A stretch of 64,000 bases of DNA from Octopus vulgaris (lineage: Eukaryota), in assembly GCA_951406725.2 (NCBI GenBank), contig OX597822.1, positions 77,562,001 through 77,626,000 of the forward strand, read 5' to 3'. Within the stretch, counting starts at the first letter, position 1, and the number at the start of each line of letters is the position of its first letter. The notes beneath the pieces are model-generated. The model was given only the letters and a program-made list of their open reading frames with translations, had not been told where the DNA came from and made no database searches. A program made the position numbers and the translations under genes. Shown here piece after piece: positions 1 through 13,448 of the stretch.

Positions 1-196
1 TGGCCATTATGGAACTCCAGCTCGAGGAATTCTGAGTCGAAGGAATCGATACCAGTTTTTTTTCTTTTCTATGTTTTATGCTTGGTACTTGTTCTGTCAG
101 TCTCTTTTGCCAAACCTCTAAGTTGATGGGACGTAAACACAACAGCACCGGTTGTCAAGCAGTTGTATTAGTTTAACACTCGGGAAGTAAGAAAGT

Positions 197-232
197 CTTT
201 TACGTTTCAAACCTATGCTCTTCGACAGAAAG
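197..232 (-). ncRNA. Variant minimal hammerhead (CUGUCGA core), Neptune-like pLTR fragment
   Basis: CUUU-CUGUCGA-A-GAGC auag GUUU-GAAAC GU A/AAAG, homologous to 42763-42800. Confidence 0.6.
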
Positions 233-295
233 GAACACAGAAATAAACAGGGGAAGAAAATAGAAACAGGTTTAGTGGCTAGTAATTATATATAT

Positions 296-500
296 ATATA
301 ATCCAAACATGAAAACACAAGGAGAAAACACAACAACGTGAGGACGTGGAACAAATATAGTATTATTGGACGCTCAGGAAAGAAGGAGGGTTTAACATTT
401 CGAGCGGAGCTCTTCATTGGAAGCATAGAAGGAAAGATCCAGAGAAGGGAAGACAGAGGAAAAAAAATCGCCAATGGTACACACGCAGTCACACACACAA
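296..500 (-). mobile_element. PLE pLTR 3' fragment with a degenerate minimal hammerhead (391-423)
   Basis: Minus strand CCAATGA-A-GAGC tcc GCTC-GAAAT GTT. The tail is homologous to 8025-8118 and 42662-42760 and abuts (TA)n. Confidence 0.55.
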
Positions 501-677
501 ATATATCATCATCATCGTCGTTTAACGTCCGTTCTCCATGCTAGCATGGGTTGGACGGTTCGACCGGGGATCTGGGAAGCCAGAAGGCTGCACCAGGCTC
601 CAGTCTTATCTGGCAGTGTTTCTACAGCTGGATGCCCTTCCTAACGCCAACTAATATATATATATATATATAACGCC

Positions 678-722
<45 letters not shown>

Positions 723-746
723 TATATATATATTTATATACACATA

Positions 747-1092
747 CAGTCCACCAAAAAGTGTATGCAAACTTCAGGAAATGAAAAATCTGTATAAATA
801 TTTTTACTCAGTGTTACTGTAATCTGATATATTTATAGAGATGATTATGTAAGTTAAATATTTATACAGATTTTTCTGTTCCTGAAGTTCTTTTATTCTT
901 TTATTTGTTTCAGTCATTTGACTGTGGCCATGCTGGATTACCACCTTTAGTCGAGAAAATCGACCCCAGGATTTATACTTTGTAAGCCTAGTACTTATTC
1001 TATTGGTCTCTTTTGCTGAACTGCTAAGTTACGGGGATGTAAACTCACCAAACTCAGTTGTCAAGCAATGTTGGGTGGACAAACACAAACAT

Positions 1093-1151
<59 letters not shown>

Positions 1152-1376
1152 CACACACACACACATATATACATATACATGTGATGGGCTTCTTTCATTT
1201 TCTGTCTACCAAATCCACACACAAGGCTTTCATTGGCCCAAGGCTATAGTAGAAGACACTCGCCCGAGGTACCACACAGTGTAACTGAACCCGAAATCAT
1301 GTGGTTGGTAAGCAAGCCTTTTACCATACAGCCACTCCCGCGCCTATGAAGTGTATACATTTTTTTGGTAGACTCT
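747..1376. mobile_element. Tc1/mariner-type MITE interrupted by a family A SINE
   Basis: TIRs CAGTCCACCAAAAAGTGTATGCA / TGTATACATTTTTTTGGTAGAC. The SINE at 889-1346 is flanked by the TSD TGAAGT (883-888 and 1347-1352). Confidence 0.65.
889..1346 (-). mobile_element. SINE family A
   Basis: Full-length reverse copy with TSD TGAAGT. Confidence 0.8.
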
Positions 1377-1564
1377 GCATATATGGTAAAAACACAGGTT
1401 TCTCCTTATCAAATTTGCTCCTAAGGCTTTGGACAACCCAAGGTCATGGTAGAAGATACTTGCCCAAGGTGCCACGCAGTGGGACTGAACGCAAGACCAT
1501 GTGATTGGAAAGCAAGCTTCTTACAATACAGCCATGCCTATGCCTATATATACATACAAGTACA

Positions 1565-1601
<37 letters not shown>

Positions 1602-1602
<1 letters not shown>

Positions 1603-1765
1603 GGCACAGGAGTGGCTGTGTGGTTAAGTAGCTTGCTTACCAACTACATGGTTCAGGGTTCAGTCTCACTGTGTGGTACCTTGGGTAAGTGTCTTCTACT
1701 ATAGCCTCAGGCCGACCAAAGCCTTGTGAGTGGATTTGGTAGACAGAAACTGAAAGAAGCGCATC

Positions 1766-1801
<36 letters not shown>

Positions 1802-2014
1802 TTGTATGTCTGTGTTTTTTCCCCCACAACATCGCTTGACATCCGATGCTGGTGTGTGTACATCCCCGTAATTCAGCGGCTCAGCAAAAAAAGAAAAAAC
1901 AGAATCAGTAATAGGCTTACAAAGAATACGTCCTGGGGTTGATTTTTTTGACTAAAAGGTGGTGCTCCAGCATGGCTGCAGTCAAATGACTGAAACAAGT
2001 AAAAGATTAAAAGA

Positions 2015-2015
<1 letters not shown>
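1602..2015 (+). mobile_element. tRNA-derived SINE, family A (abundant Octopus-type SINE)
   Basis: Head GGAGTGGCTGTGTGGTTAAG..GGTTCAGTC with A/B-box-like motifs, an internal TA/TG microsatellite, and the tail GGTGCTCCAGCATGGCTGCAGTCAAATGACTGAAACAAGTAAAAG. There are more than 12 copies in the window. Confidence 0.8.
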
Positions 2016-2054
<39 letters not shown>

Positions 2055-2359
2055 TTTCATATGGTAAGAGAATCAAATAAAATATTACACAGAAGTAAAT
2101 AGTTGTTTACATCCAGAATTTTGGCCAACTAGTTTGATTAACGAGGTGGTGTGCTTTGTCAGGTGTGTGACACATGAAGTATTTAAGTATGCATACCTGG
2201 ATTTTCTCGAGGAATTTCGAGCTTTCTCAAGACTGCAATTCAAAAGTGTAGATAGGTACATAGCCTCATGCTTAGGTTGAGTGCTGCATTGGAAATGCTC
2301 CATGTTTTTATCCTTTCAGGACGCTAAGATGTGTGTGTGTGTGTGTGTGTGTATAAAAA

Positions 2360-2680
<321 letters not shown>

Positions 2681-3870
2681 TATATCTCTCTTCTTTTCAC
2701 TTATTCTTTTTACCTCCTTCTCTCCCTCTATTCTGTCCTTTTACTCTTTCATTTTCTCACTTCCTTTCTCTTATTCTTTTACCTCCCCTTCTCCCTCTCT
2801 TTTTCTCTTTTATCCTATCTCCAAATCTTTTCCTCTTCCCTTCACAATTCTCTGTCTGTCACTCTCCCTCAATCTTCCTCCTTTGCTTATGTGGCTCCCA
2901 CGTGACCATCAGCCATTTTTATTTCTCCTCCTAACTTGTGTTTCATTCTTTCTTCCTGTTGCAGCTGGACAAAGAAGACTTATTCTTGTCTGTCTCCTGT
3001 CCAAGCTCACTTCTTCGTGTTTGCCACCGCAAACTTGTTCAGGCTTAGCAGCTCCTCCTGTTTGTTTTCACTGTTCTGTTTTTGTCACCAATTTTGACCC
3101 TCCGTCAAAAACCCACGATAACTTTGAAGGCCCACAAATTCCTTGTGAAATGCAGCAGGATTTGGAAAGATTGTGACAATGATTGAACATTTACACTACA
3201 TGTTTATGCCTTATACTACACTGACTTGTATGCCAGAGAATACAATATTCTACACATTCACATTCCAGCACTGACGCATATCACACAGAACATATTCTAT
3301 ACAAAAGCCTCTTAATACTCCTCCATGCTTTGCACAATTCACACTCCATACAATCACCTCTCCATTCAACTGCAAAGCACAAACAGCACTACACACCTTC
3401 TACACAGTCACCTCCCACTACGGTAGCACAACCCACACAACACATATTCTGCACAATCGTCTTCAAATCCTTTACAAACCTTCTCAACAAACGAGAATAA
3501 CACAGCAATATAGAAAAACATTAGACGTTACTCAAAATTGACTTTCCACTTTCCTCGGGAGACAATATTGTGCACACCTCGGGAACAAGAAAGTGATCTT
3601 GTAGTTTAGCAGAGAACTCATATGAAAACAAAATAACAACAAAAATAGTCATCATCATCACCATCAGCACCATCATCATCATCATCAGCACCATCTATTA
3701 AGTTCAATAACCCAGACATCTTTGTCAAGCATAATTTTTTTTGTTCAAATGTTGAAAATATCTGCTTATCGGCATTCAATTCCGCCATGTTAAAATATCT
3801 GTTATGAAAGGGTTATAGTGAAATTCTAAACTAGAATATATGTGTGTGTGTTTGTGTGCATATGTATATA

Positions 3871-3924
<54 letters not shown>

Positions 3925-3953
3925 TATGTATATAGATATACATATATATGTGC

Positions 3954-4003
<50 letters not shown>

Positions 4004-5590
4004 GTATATATATATATATATATATCCAGGAATTTAAATAGTAGAGTTGAAAATAGATATAGAAATGTTTTAAGGTGTAAAAGATTTGGAAATTGAAATT
4101 TTTAGAATCTGGTAAACAGAGTTGTTTGTAGCATATTAAGCTGAATGTTATATGATGTGTGTGAGTGTGCATGCATATGTGTGTATATGTAGAACAATAT
4201 ATGATTTAGAAGCGATAATGTGAAATTATCTCTTTCACATCATGAAAAATATTAATAATGCAAAAACAGAAGTGTTGAAATTGTATGTGGAATGTTAAAA
4301 AAAAAAAAAAAATGAAAATAAAAAATTTAAATATTTGCATTTATGTTATCTTCAGTCTACTAATGATTTAAATGCAGAAATGTTTTGAAGTGTGAAGTAT
4401 TAAAAGTTTAAAAAAACTAAAACAGTTACAATGATTCTTAACCCTCACTGTACTTGTGAATTTTTTACCGGTGGCATAACTTGCTAATCAGAGGCAAATC
4501 AGCTCTCAAAATCTTTTTTTATTGGTCTGTAAACACAAATTGTGCATAGTACATCATCACCCAGACTCCACTAATTAAATTTTTACTGGTAATGTAACAT
4601 GCTAATCATATGCAAATCTTTTCTTCAGACTTCTTTCTGTTGGCCAGTAAAAATAAAATGCATGTACTACATCACAGGAAATGTTGAGAATCTCAGAAAG
4701 TACCCCACTATCAAAAACAAGTTAACTCTGTACCCATGACTGAAATGCAGATGCCCTGAACGGAGTATACTTGGTCCCCCCTGCACAATAGGGGCTAGTA
4801 AAGTGGACCAAAATAGTTAAATTGTATGCTACTCTTTAAAAATTACTAATAACCCAAACACACGAATACTTCAAGTGGGACAAGTTAAAAGGTAAAATAT
4901 TTAAAATGTTCTTCTGGAAGCGATTATATGACATACTAATTAACCCATCACTGGGCCCCTGATGGGTGCTATTACTCTGGGGTCAGAATACAGGTAGGAA
5001 GGTGGGGTGGGTGAGCAGTTGAAACCAGAATACAGAGAGACATAATTAAGAATCTTTAAGCATCATACTTGCTTCTTTACTAATTTTGTCCGTTCATTAA
5101 ATTAGGCCTCCACCTGTTCTACTAATCAACCAGCTTTAATAATAGTAGTGTTTTCTAGTATTAGTTCAGGGTCTGGTATTTTAGGATGGGAAAATATTTC
5201 CAGTCAATTATATCACCCCGCTTCCAGGATTTGACTATTACTTTATTCTATTAACCCCAGGTGGGTGACAAGCATATGCTAACCTTCATAGAATTTGGAC
5301 TCAAAACATAAGGAAGCATCTCTAAATACTTCAAGGTAATTTATCTTCACACTACTGGCGTTGGTGCCATGTAAAAAGCACCTGTGCCGGTGCCACATAA
5401 GAAGCACCTGCACTGGTGCCACCTTAAAAACACCCAGTACATTCTGTAAATTGGTTGGCTTTAGTAAGGGCATCCAAGTGTAGAAACCATTCCTAAACAG
5501 ACATAGAGTCTGGGCAGGTCTCCAGCTGGTCAGCCCCTGTGAAACCATCCAACCCATGTCAACATGGAAAACATTAGATGATGTTGATGA

Positions 5591-5963
5591 GGACGCCAAT
5601 GCCGTGGTGATCTCATTCTTGCTCACAACATCATAAGCGGAAAGTGTAACCTCTCGAAAGAGCTGTTCTTCACTCCTGCTCCAGAGCGTCGGCTGCGGGG
5701 TCACTCCGAAAAGCTCTATCTGCGACGATTTGATCTCAATCGAAGGAGATGGGCTTTCTCCATCCGGGTTGCGGATCCGTGGAATAAGCTGCCGGACGAG
5801 ATGGTGAAGATGCCGACGACCGCTCGGTTCAAAGTCTCACTTGACCACAAATGGCCTGAACTCTTTACATGAACACGACCCTGTACATAACTCCATGTCC
5901 CCCTACATGGCCTTGCTTTTTGCTTTTTGAGCCAAAAATTAACTAACTAACTAACTAACTACT
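5591..5963 (+). mobile_element. 5'-truncated CR1/L2-group LINE 3' end
   Basis: Open frame 5603-5872 RGDLILAHNII..RLRGHSEKL..AFSIRVADPWNKLPDEMV..FKVSLD is a typical CR1-group ORF2 C-terminus. A short 3' UTR and a (TAAC)n tail follow. Confidence 0.8.
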
Positions 5964-6065
5964 GATCCAGCTTATCCACTTCATAACAATAACAGTAGTG
6001 ATTATTTTTAACACAGGTGTAAAACTGGCTGTTTTGAGTGATGTGGAATAAACAATTGAATTGCT

Positions 6066-6327
6066 ACATTATTTACATTTGATGGATATTTGTCTTCATC
6101 TTATTTGTTGTTAGCACAACATTTCGGCTGATACACTATCCAGCCTTCATCAGGTGTCTTGGGGAAATTTCGAACCTGGGATCAAAATTTTCCCAAGACA
6201 CCTGATGAAGGCTGGAGGGTATATCAGCCGAAACATGTTAACAACAAACAAGATGAGGACAAACATCTGTCAAATGTAAATAATGTAAATAATGTACATA
6301 ATTCCTCATCTCTTAAATATAGAACTA
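6066..6327. mobile_element. Head-to-head palindromic PLE pLTR-derived element with a hammerhead in each arm
   Basis: Arms about 6066-6170 and 6186-6283 are inverted copies, each containing ACAC-CTGATGA-A-GGCTG..CAGCC-GAAA. A 12-bp direct repeat AATTGAATTGCT at 6054-6065 and 6328-6339 is the likely TSD. Confidence 0.8.
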
Positions 6328-6577
6328 AATTGAATTGCTCTCATTCTTTCCTCTCTCTCTTTCTTGTGCCATAACCACAAGAAGAAAGACAGGTGGTGAG
6401 CAATCTTCATGATGGACTCTGCTAATGGCCAGATTTGTCCTACATGTGACAACAATTGTTCAACATATTTGTTGACAATATTTCAAATGTTGCTACATCA
6501 ATGCCAGTACACTCGCCTGAACGCTTAGCCAGTAACAGAACGAGAACAGTGAAATAGTTTGAAATATTGTCTAGGTA

Positions 6578-6652
6578 AATGCAGCTGATGAAGACTGATC
6601 AAATTTACGTTGACAAATGCATTTGAAGAGTCTGAAACCTAGGTACTGCATT
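6578..6652 (+). ncRNA. Canonical-core type I hammerhead ribozyme
   Basis: AAUGCAG-CUGAUGA-AGACU...AGUCU-GAAAC CUAG GUA/CUGCAUU. Stem I is 7 bp, stem II is 5 bp, and stem III is the palindrome ACCUAGGU. About 190 bp of downstream sequence runs into (TA)n. Confidence 0.85.
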
Positions 6653-6846
6653 ATCCGATTCTGGGTTGTCCATTTATTGAATGTTCTTCCTAGAGGTAAG
6701 ACTAATTTTTCATGTTTGTTGCACTCATACATCTTTACCAGTATATACGCAGTGAAGCTTTACTATAGCATCATAAATGTATTGACTGCTATTTCCAGTA
6801 AATATTGGTGCTTTGTTGTACCACTAATCTGTATTTGTATTTATAT

Positions 6847-6898
<52 letters not shown>

Positions 6899-7180
6899 TT
6901 TCTTGCAACAGTTAGATGCGAACTTATTTGTGGTCTGACTGGCATCTTTCTTCATATTTCCTGAAATTTATATTCACAACTTTATGAGTATATTTACCTT
7001 CTCTGGGATGTCACTAATTAATTTGAGAACTTTACATTGTTGGAAAGCATATATGGTTTGCTTGGCATCTTGCTTCAAATTCCTGGAACTCACATCTACA
7101 ACTTTATCAGTATATTTACACTCTCTAAGATGTTACTAATTGATTTGAGAACTTTACACTATTGGAAAACCGATATGAAA

Positions 7181-7265
7181 TTAGCTGAAGAGTACTTGAC
7201 ATATTATATTTGCTGTAATATTTGCAGCTTTAATAAATTGTTATAGTATGAAACAATTGTACTAA
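7181..7265 (+). ncRNA. Type I hammerhead ribozyme (PLE-derived 3' end)
   Basis: UUAG-CUGAAGA-GUACU...AGUAU-GAAAC AAUU GUA/CUAA, followed by the tail TTCTTGTTGCTTATTTT and (TA)n. Confidence 0.75.
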
Positions 7266-7299
7266 ATTACCGGATCCATTCTTGTTGCTTATTTTTTGG

Positions 7300-7352
<53 letters not shown>

Positions 7353-8529
7353 TGTGTGTATGTTTCTGTGTTTGTGCTTGTCTCCCCACCATCGTTTGAC
7401 AACTGGTCTTGGTGTGTTTACATCCCCAGCATGGCCACAGTCCAATGAGTGAAACAAGTAAAAAGTAAAAGATAAGTGAAGAAACAAAATAAATATTAAA
7501 TAAAAGTAATAAAATTAATCAATAGGTAAATAGATTGAATACTAGATTAAAGCTGTTATTTAACCCTAGGTCATCCTAATTAAGCAGACCTATAATGAAA
7601 AGACATGCCAACCATGACTATCCATATTTTTGTGTATTTCTAACTGTGTTGTCTTTTGCACCTTTCCGTTTTTAGGAATGTAGGGTGTGATTTGAAGAAG
7701 GTTTGCTATTATTTTTACCAGGTTGAGGAGTCAATCACATAGGAGCTCTCTCATTGGCTCATTTAATTAATTGATTACATATGGTCTGGTTGGTAGACAA
7801 GTAGATAGGCAGGCAGGTAGGTAGGGAGGTAGATAGGTAGGTAGGTATATTTGCAAGTTGATAAATAATTGTATATCAATAGATAGATAAATTAATTAAT
7901 ACCTATGTAGATATATCGATATCTAGGTGGGTAGATTTATAATGTGATAAATTGATAAATTACTGTGTGCATAAATATATTGAATTATATGTGTGCATAT
8001 CTGTATATATATATATATATATATAAAGTTAATCCAAACAAGAAAACAAAAAGACAACAACGCAAGGATGTGGAACAAATAAAGTATTATTGGACGCTCA
8101 GGAAAGAAGGGAAGAAGGATATATATATATATATATAATATGTGTGCATGTTTGTTTAGAGCACTGGTTTAGTTGGTATATAGCTTGTTGGGAAGATTGA
8201 ATAATTGATAACGTATTGTGTGTGTTAATAGATTCGTTAACTCACTGAAACAAAGGTAGGTGTGTAGATTGGAAAGTTGATAAACAATTGTATATAGCAA
8301 TTTATTTCCTTTTGCTTTTATTCTTTTACTTGTTTCAGTAGTTTGACTGCGGCCATGCTGGAGCGCTGCCTTTAGTCGAACAAATCGACCCCCCAGGACT
8401 TATTCTTTGTAAGCCTAGTACTTATTCTGTCAGACTCTTTGCTAAACCACTGAGTTACAGGGATGTAAACAAATCAACATCAGTTGTCAAGCGATCGTGG
8501 GGGACTAACACTGACATACAAATACATAA

Positions 8530-8587
<58 letters not shown>

Positions 8588-9058
8588 ATATCTATATAAG
8601 TCTATATATTATATATACTTTTTATCATCACCACCATCATCATCATCGTTGTCGTTTAACATCTGCTGGCATGGGTTGGGTGGTTTAACTGAGGACTGGC
8701 AAGCCAGGAAGCTGCACCAGGCCCCAATCTGATCTGGCAACCACTCCAAGAGTGTAGTGGGTGCTTTTTACATGCCACCGGCATGAGGGCCAGTCAGGTA
8801 GTACTGGCATTGACCAAGCTTGAATGGTGCTTTTTACATGCCACCAGCACGGGAGCCACAACAATGATTTCACTGGACGCAACAGGTCTTCTCAAGCACA
8901 GTTTATTGCCCAATGATTGAAGGGTACTCTTAAATGGGCCAGTTATGCTACACTGGCATAGGCCATGGTTATGGTCTTACTTGGTTTGCCGGGTCTTCTC
9001 AAGCACAGCATATTCCAAAGGTCTTGGTTGCTTGTCATCGCCTCTGTGAGGCCCAACA

Positions 9059-9102
<44 letters not shown>

Positions 9103-9340
9103 TAAAGGGTTGAATGTGAGTTTGTCCTTTCATTGAAGTATTTTCCAAAGATTTCTGACGTTATTTTTCCTACTTTATTTTTGAATTTACTAGTGTAAAT
9201 TAGTGTAGATATAAAAGCTTATATAGAAATGTTAAGTATATGATTTAACTTATTAAACACAGTTCAACAAATTCATTCATATTCTTGTAAATGGAGGAGA
9301 TTAGATGTTAAAATGGATTCTAGTTTTTATTACAGATGTT

Positions 9341-9421
9341 GCTATACAATTTGTTTCATACAGAAAGACAGGAATATTAATAATAGAAAATCTGAGTTGT
9401 CAGAAAGTACTTGTCGGTAGC
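9341..9421 (-). ncRNA. Degenerate type I hammerhead
   Basis: GCUA-CCGACAA-GUAC...GUAU-GAAAC AAAUU GUA/UAGC. The core has G8A, so it is probably inactive. It lies in a TA-flanked AT-rich insert. Confidence 0.5.
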
Positions 9422-9434
9422 TTAGATAAAAAAT

Positions 9435-9466
<32 letters not shown>

Positions 9467-9826
9467 TTCATCATCATCATTTAATGTCTGCTTTCCATGT
9501 TAGCATGGGTTGGACGATTTGACTGAAGAATGGTGAACCAGATGGCTGCACCAGGCTCCAATCTTGGTCTGGCAGAGTTTCTACAGCTGGATGCCCTTCC
9601 TAATGCCAACCACTCCGAGAGTGTAGTGGGTGCTTACATATATATATATATATATGACAGGCTTCTTGTAGTTTCTGTCTACAAAATCCACTCACAAGGC
9701 TTTGGTCAGCCTGAAGTTATAGTAGAAGAGACTTACCTGAGTTGCCATGCAGTGGGACTGAACCCAGAACCATGTGGTTGGGAAGCAAGCTTCTAACCAC
9801 ACAGCTGCACCTATTGTTTTACATAC

Positions 9827-9860
<34 letters not shown>

Positions 9861-9956
9861 GTTTGAAACACCCGTTTGGCAACAGTTTCTATAAGCTGGC
9901 CCTTGCTCAGTCACTGATTATGCACTGATTATCACTGATTATATAATCAGTCACTG

Positions 9957-9999
<43 letters not shown>

Positions 10000-10254
10000 A
10001 AAGAGTGAGAGAGAGGGGGGAGAGATAGACAAAGAGAGTGACAGATACACGCCTAGATATAAAATAAATATTTCCCTCATGAAGCAAATACTTTTATCCG
10101 CAGTCCTAACACGTGCATTATCAGTGACTGAACAAGGGCCAGCTTATAGAAACTGTTGCCAAACGGGTGTTTCAAACACAAGGTGAAACTGTGTGTCTGG
10201 CATTCCAAACATTTGAACCATTTATGCCAACCTGTTCTCCAAACAGCTGGAGCA

Positions 10255-10695
10255 GATGTATGCCATTGTGCAGCAAACATACCCAGCATTGGTTAACAGA
10301 AAGTGAGCTCTTCTACAGCAAGACAACACAAGACTTCATACCACTCAACTGACCCGGACTAAACTAAGGAATTTGAGGAAATCAAGCTGATGCCACATCC
10401 AGCAAATTGTCTGGGCCTAACTCCCTTAGATTATGACTTGTTCTGAACCATGGCTCACTTACTGCACTCATGACTCTTCATCAACCAAGATGAGGTGGGA
10501 GCTTCAGTGAAGGAGTCCTTCACTTTGAAGGACAAGAACTGGCATCAACATGGGGTCAAAGAACTGGCAGAAAGGTGGCTTTAAATGGTGCAACACAATG
10601 GCCCCTACTTTGAATGCAGGTCTGCTTTTGTTCTAACTTCATGAATAAACCAAACAAATTACAAAAACATTTCATGACTTTTGATTTAATTCAGT
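10255..10695 (+). pseudogene. Decayed mariner transposase 3' end
   Basis: Disrupted translation LLQQDNTRLH..LMPHPANCLGLTPLDYDLF..KNWHQHGVKELAERWL*MVQHNGPYFE matches the mariner C-terminus (DNA..H, YSPDLAPSDY-like). Confidence 0.75.
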
Positions 10696-11789
10696 ACATA
10701 TAGATGCTGTAGTTTCTCAGCTCTAGATCAGCCCTAACTATTATGATAAAAGGCATTCGTACTGTGGCCATCCTGTATTTTTGTCAGGTAGCATCCAGTA
10801 CAGCAGCATCTAATGTGACCTTCCTGTTTTGTAAGATGGCTTTGCAGGTTGTGCAGCCATATGGAAAATACTGTTTTGCCTTGGGAGTGCTTGTGTGTGT
10901 GTGTGTGTGTGTGTGTGTTTCTGTGTGTGGGTTCAGGTACACGTGCATGTGTGTGTGTTTATATGTATATGTGTATAGGTATATGAATATGTGTTGGTGC
11001 AAGTGAATGTGTGTGTGTGTGTGTATTCTTAAGTACACATGTGTAGGTAAGTATACCTGATTGTGTATGTGTTTGTAGGTACCTGAGTATGCGTTAGTAC
11101 ACTTGAATGAGTGTGTTTGTGTGTGTGCGTATGTGTGCGTGCGTATGTGTGCGTGTGTATGTGTGTGCATGTATGTACAAATGAGTGTGCATGTCTGTCT
11201 GTTGGAATACGTTTCAATGATTTTGCATGTGATATTCACATGCCTGCATGCAGATACCTATGAAAGTGTGCACATACAGGTGCTTGGGTGCAGTGGCAGT
11301 GATGGTGGTGGGCAATTGTGAGTACACATGTGGCTAGGGTATTGATGTATCTGATATGTGTGTGTGTGTGTGTGTGTGTGTGTAGCTATTTACTGCTATG
11401 TGTTAGTTGGGTATGAATCTGTGTGGTGGTGTGTGTATGTGTGTGTAGGTATTTATGAATGTGTTTGTTGCATTGGTATAGATGTATGTGAAGCGATATA
11501 CATGAATGTGTAATGCAAAGATTAAAAAAATGTGATATGATGTGTGTGTGGAGAGAGGGAAATAGAGAGGTCAAGGCCGACACAGATGACTTCAAGCTTG
11601 TTCTAATCTGCATCCAAACCTATCTTGTTTACATTTCTCTTAGGAATGGGAGATGGAGGAAATGACCTACATCTGATTAAATCTAGGCAGAACTGTGTGT
11701 CTTGCCTAAGGATACAGTTGCTCTTATTGAAGTCACATGAAACTTTGTTGATAGAGGAGACTTGTTGCAGCATCGCCATTAAACATCCC

Positions 11790-12130
11790 TACCTATCCAT
11801 CCATCCATCCATCTGTTTATCTCTCTGTCTGTCTGTCCCTCTGTATGCCTATCTGTCTGTATGTCTATCTATCTTTCTGTCTATCTGTTTGCCCATCTAT
11901 CCAGCTATTTGTCCGTCCATCCATCCATCTAGCTGTCTGTCTGTCTGTCCATCCATCCATCCAGCTGTCTGTCCATCCGTCTGTCCGTCCATCCATCCAT
12001 CCATCCATCTATCCATCTATATTTCTAGCTATCTCTTTGTCTGTCAATCGATCGATCGATTCATCCGTCCGTCCGTCGATCTCTTTTTGTCTGTCTATTT
12101 TTGTTTGTCTATTTACCTGTCTACATATCT
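11790..12130. repeat. Degenerate (TCCA/TCTG)n tetranucleotide repeat
   Basis: Direct inspection. Confidence 0.85.
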
Positions 12131-12149
12131 ATTTTTTTATAATTTTTCT

Positions 12150-12367
12150 TTTTCTTTTACTTGTTTCAGTCATTTGACTGCAGCCATGCTGGAGCACCGC
12201 CTTTTGTCAAACTAATCTACCCCAGGATTTAATCTTTGGAAGCCTTGTACTTATTTTATTAGTTTTTTTTGCTGAACTGCTAAGTTACGGGGACATAAGC
12301 ACACCAACATAAGTTGTCAAGAAATAGTGGGAGAACAAACACAGACAAATATATACATACATATATG

Positions 12368-12399
<32 letters not shown>

Positions 12400-12548
12400 C
12401 ATATGATGGACTTCTTCCAGTTTCCATCTACCAGATCCACTCTCAAGGCTTTGGTCAGCTCGAGGCTATAGTAGAAGACACTTGCTCAGTGTGCCATGCT
12501 GTAGAACTGAACCCGGAAACAAGTGGTTTGAAAGTAAGCTTCTCACCA
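12150..12548 (-). mobile_element. SINE family A
   Basis: Homologous to 1602-2015. Confidence 0.75.
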
Positions 12549-13039
12549 CGTCAATCTGTCTGTCTTTCTACCTATCCAACTACCTACCCATCTACCTGTT
12601 TTCTTACCTGCCTTCTTATCTATCTACCTGTCTACATATCTACCTTTATATTTATCTATCATACCCACCTCTCTCTCTCTTTATATTTATATATATATAC
12701 ATACATACATGTGTGTGTGTGTCTGTGTGTACCTGTATACACTAGCTATATTTCTCTTTTGCTTGCATCATTTATTTTTCATGTTCCTGTAGATCCCCCC
12801 ACTTTTCTTTATAAATACATCTGTGCATAATATTCACGTATTTTTTCTGTTCTCTCTCTCCTTTCCCCACCCTCTCTCACCTTTCTTCCACTCATTTCCT
12901 TTCCCCACATCGATTCTTCCATGTTTACTTTATTTGCATCTTATAAACAAGATACTGACAACACACTGTTTGTATCACTCCCCTCAGATCTATAATTTCT
13001 TATTATCATCACCATTTCACAAGTTTATCGTTCTTTTCA

Positions 13040-13086
<47 letters not shown>

Positions 13087-13448
13087 CACTATTATCATTA
13101 TTATTATTATTATTTAACAAGTTCATTGCCCTGTTTTTAGTTTTCTTTTTTTATTTGTTTTGTTTTCTGCTGCAACTTAAATGCTAATGTTCTGTAAATA
13201 CATTCAGTTTCTTAGGACGAGAGATTACAGTGCTTTATTCTGAGTAATTCAAAACATTGTCCTCAGCATCATTTGATCCGTGTTTTGCCAGTTCACTGCT
13301 CTTGCATATTGGTTCTTCATCATCATGTGAACACAACATCCTGTTTTGTTTTCAACGAATCACATCAACACGCTCCATTGATTGGTTGAAACATTTGAAA
13401 CTCTCCCACTCTCATATGCATTTTATATATATATATATATATATATAT

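Noticed and set aside
1602-1680. tRNA genes at SINE heads
   Set aside because: A/B-box-like motifs are present, but there is no complete cloverleaf and they continue into SINE bodies.
2940-3176. Possible exon after a polypyrimidine tract and CAG at 2962-2964
   Set aside because: The acceptor is plausible, but there is no recognisable protein or convincing donor. It needs RNA-seq.
10085-10130. Hammerhead-like CTGATAA-TGCA..TGCG-GATA on the minus strand
   Set aside because: Both core boxes are mutated and there is no convincing stem I or stem III.
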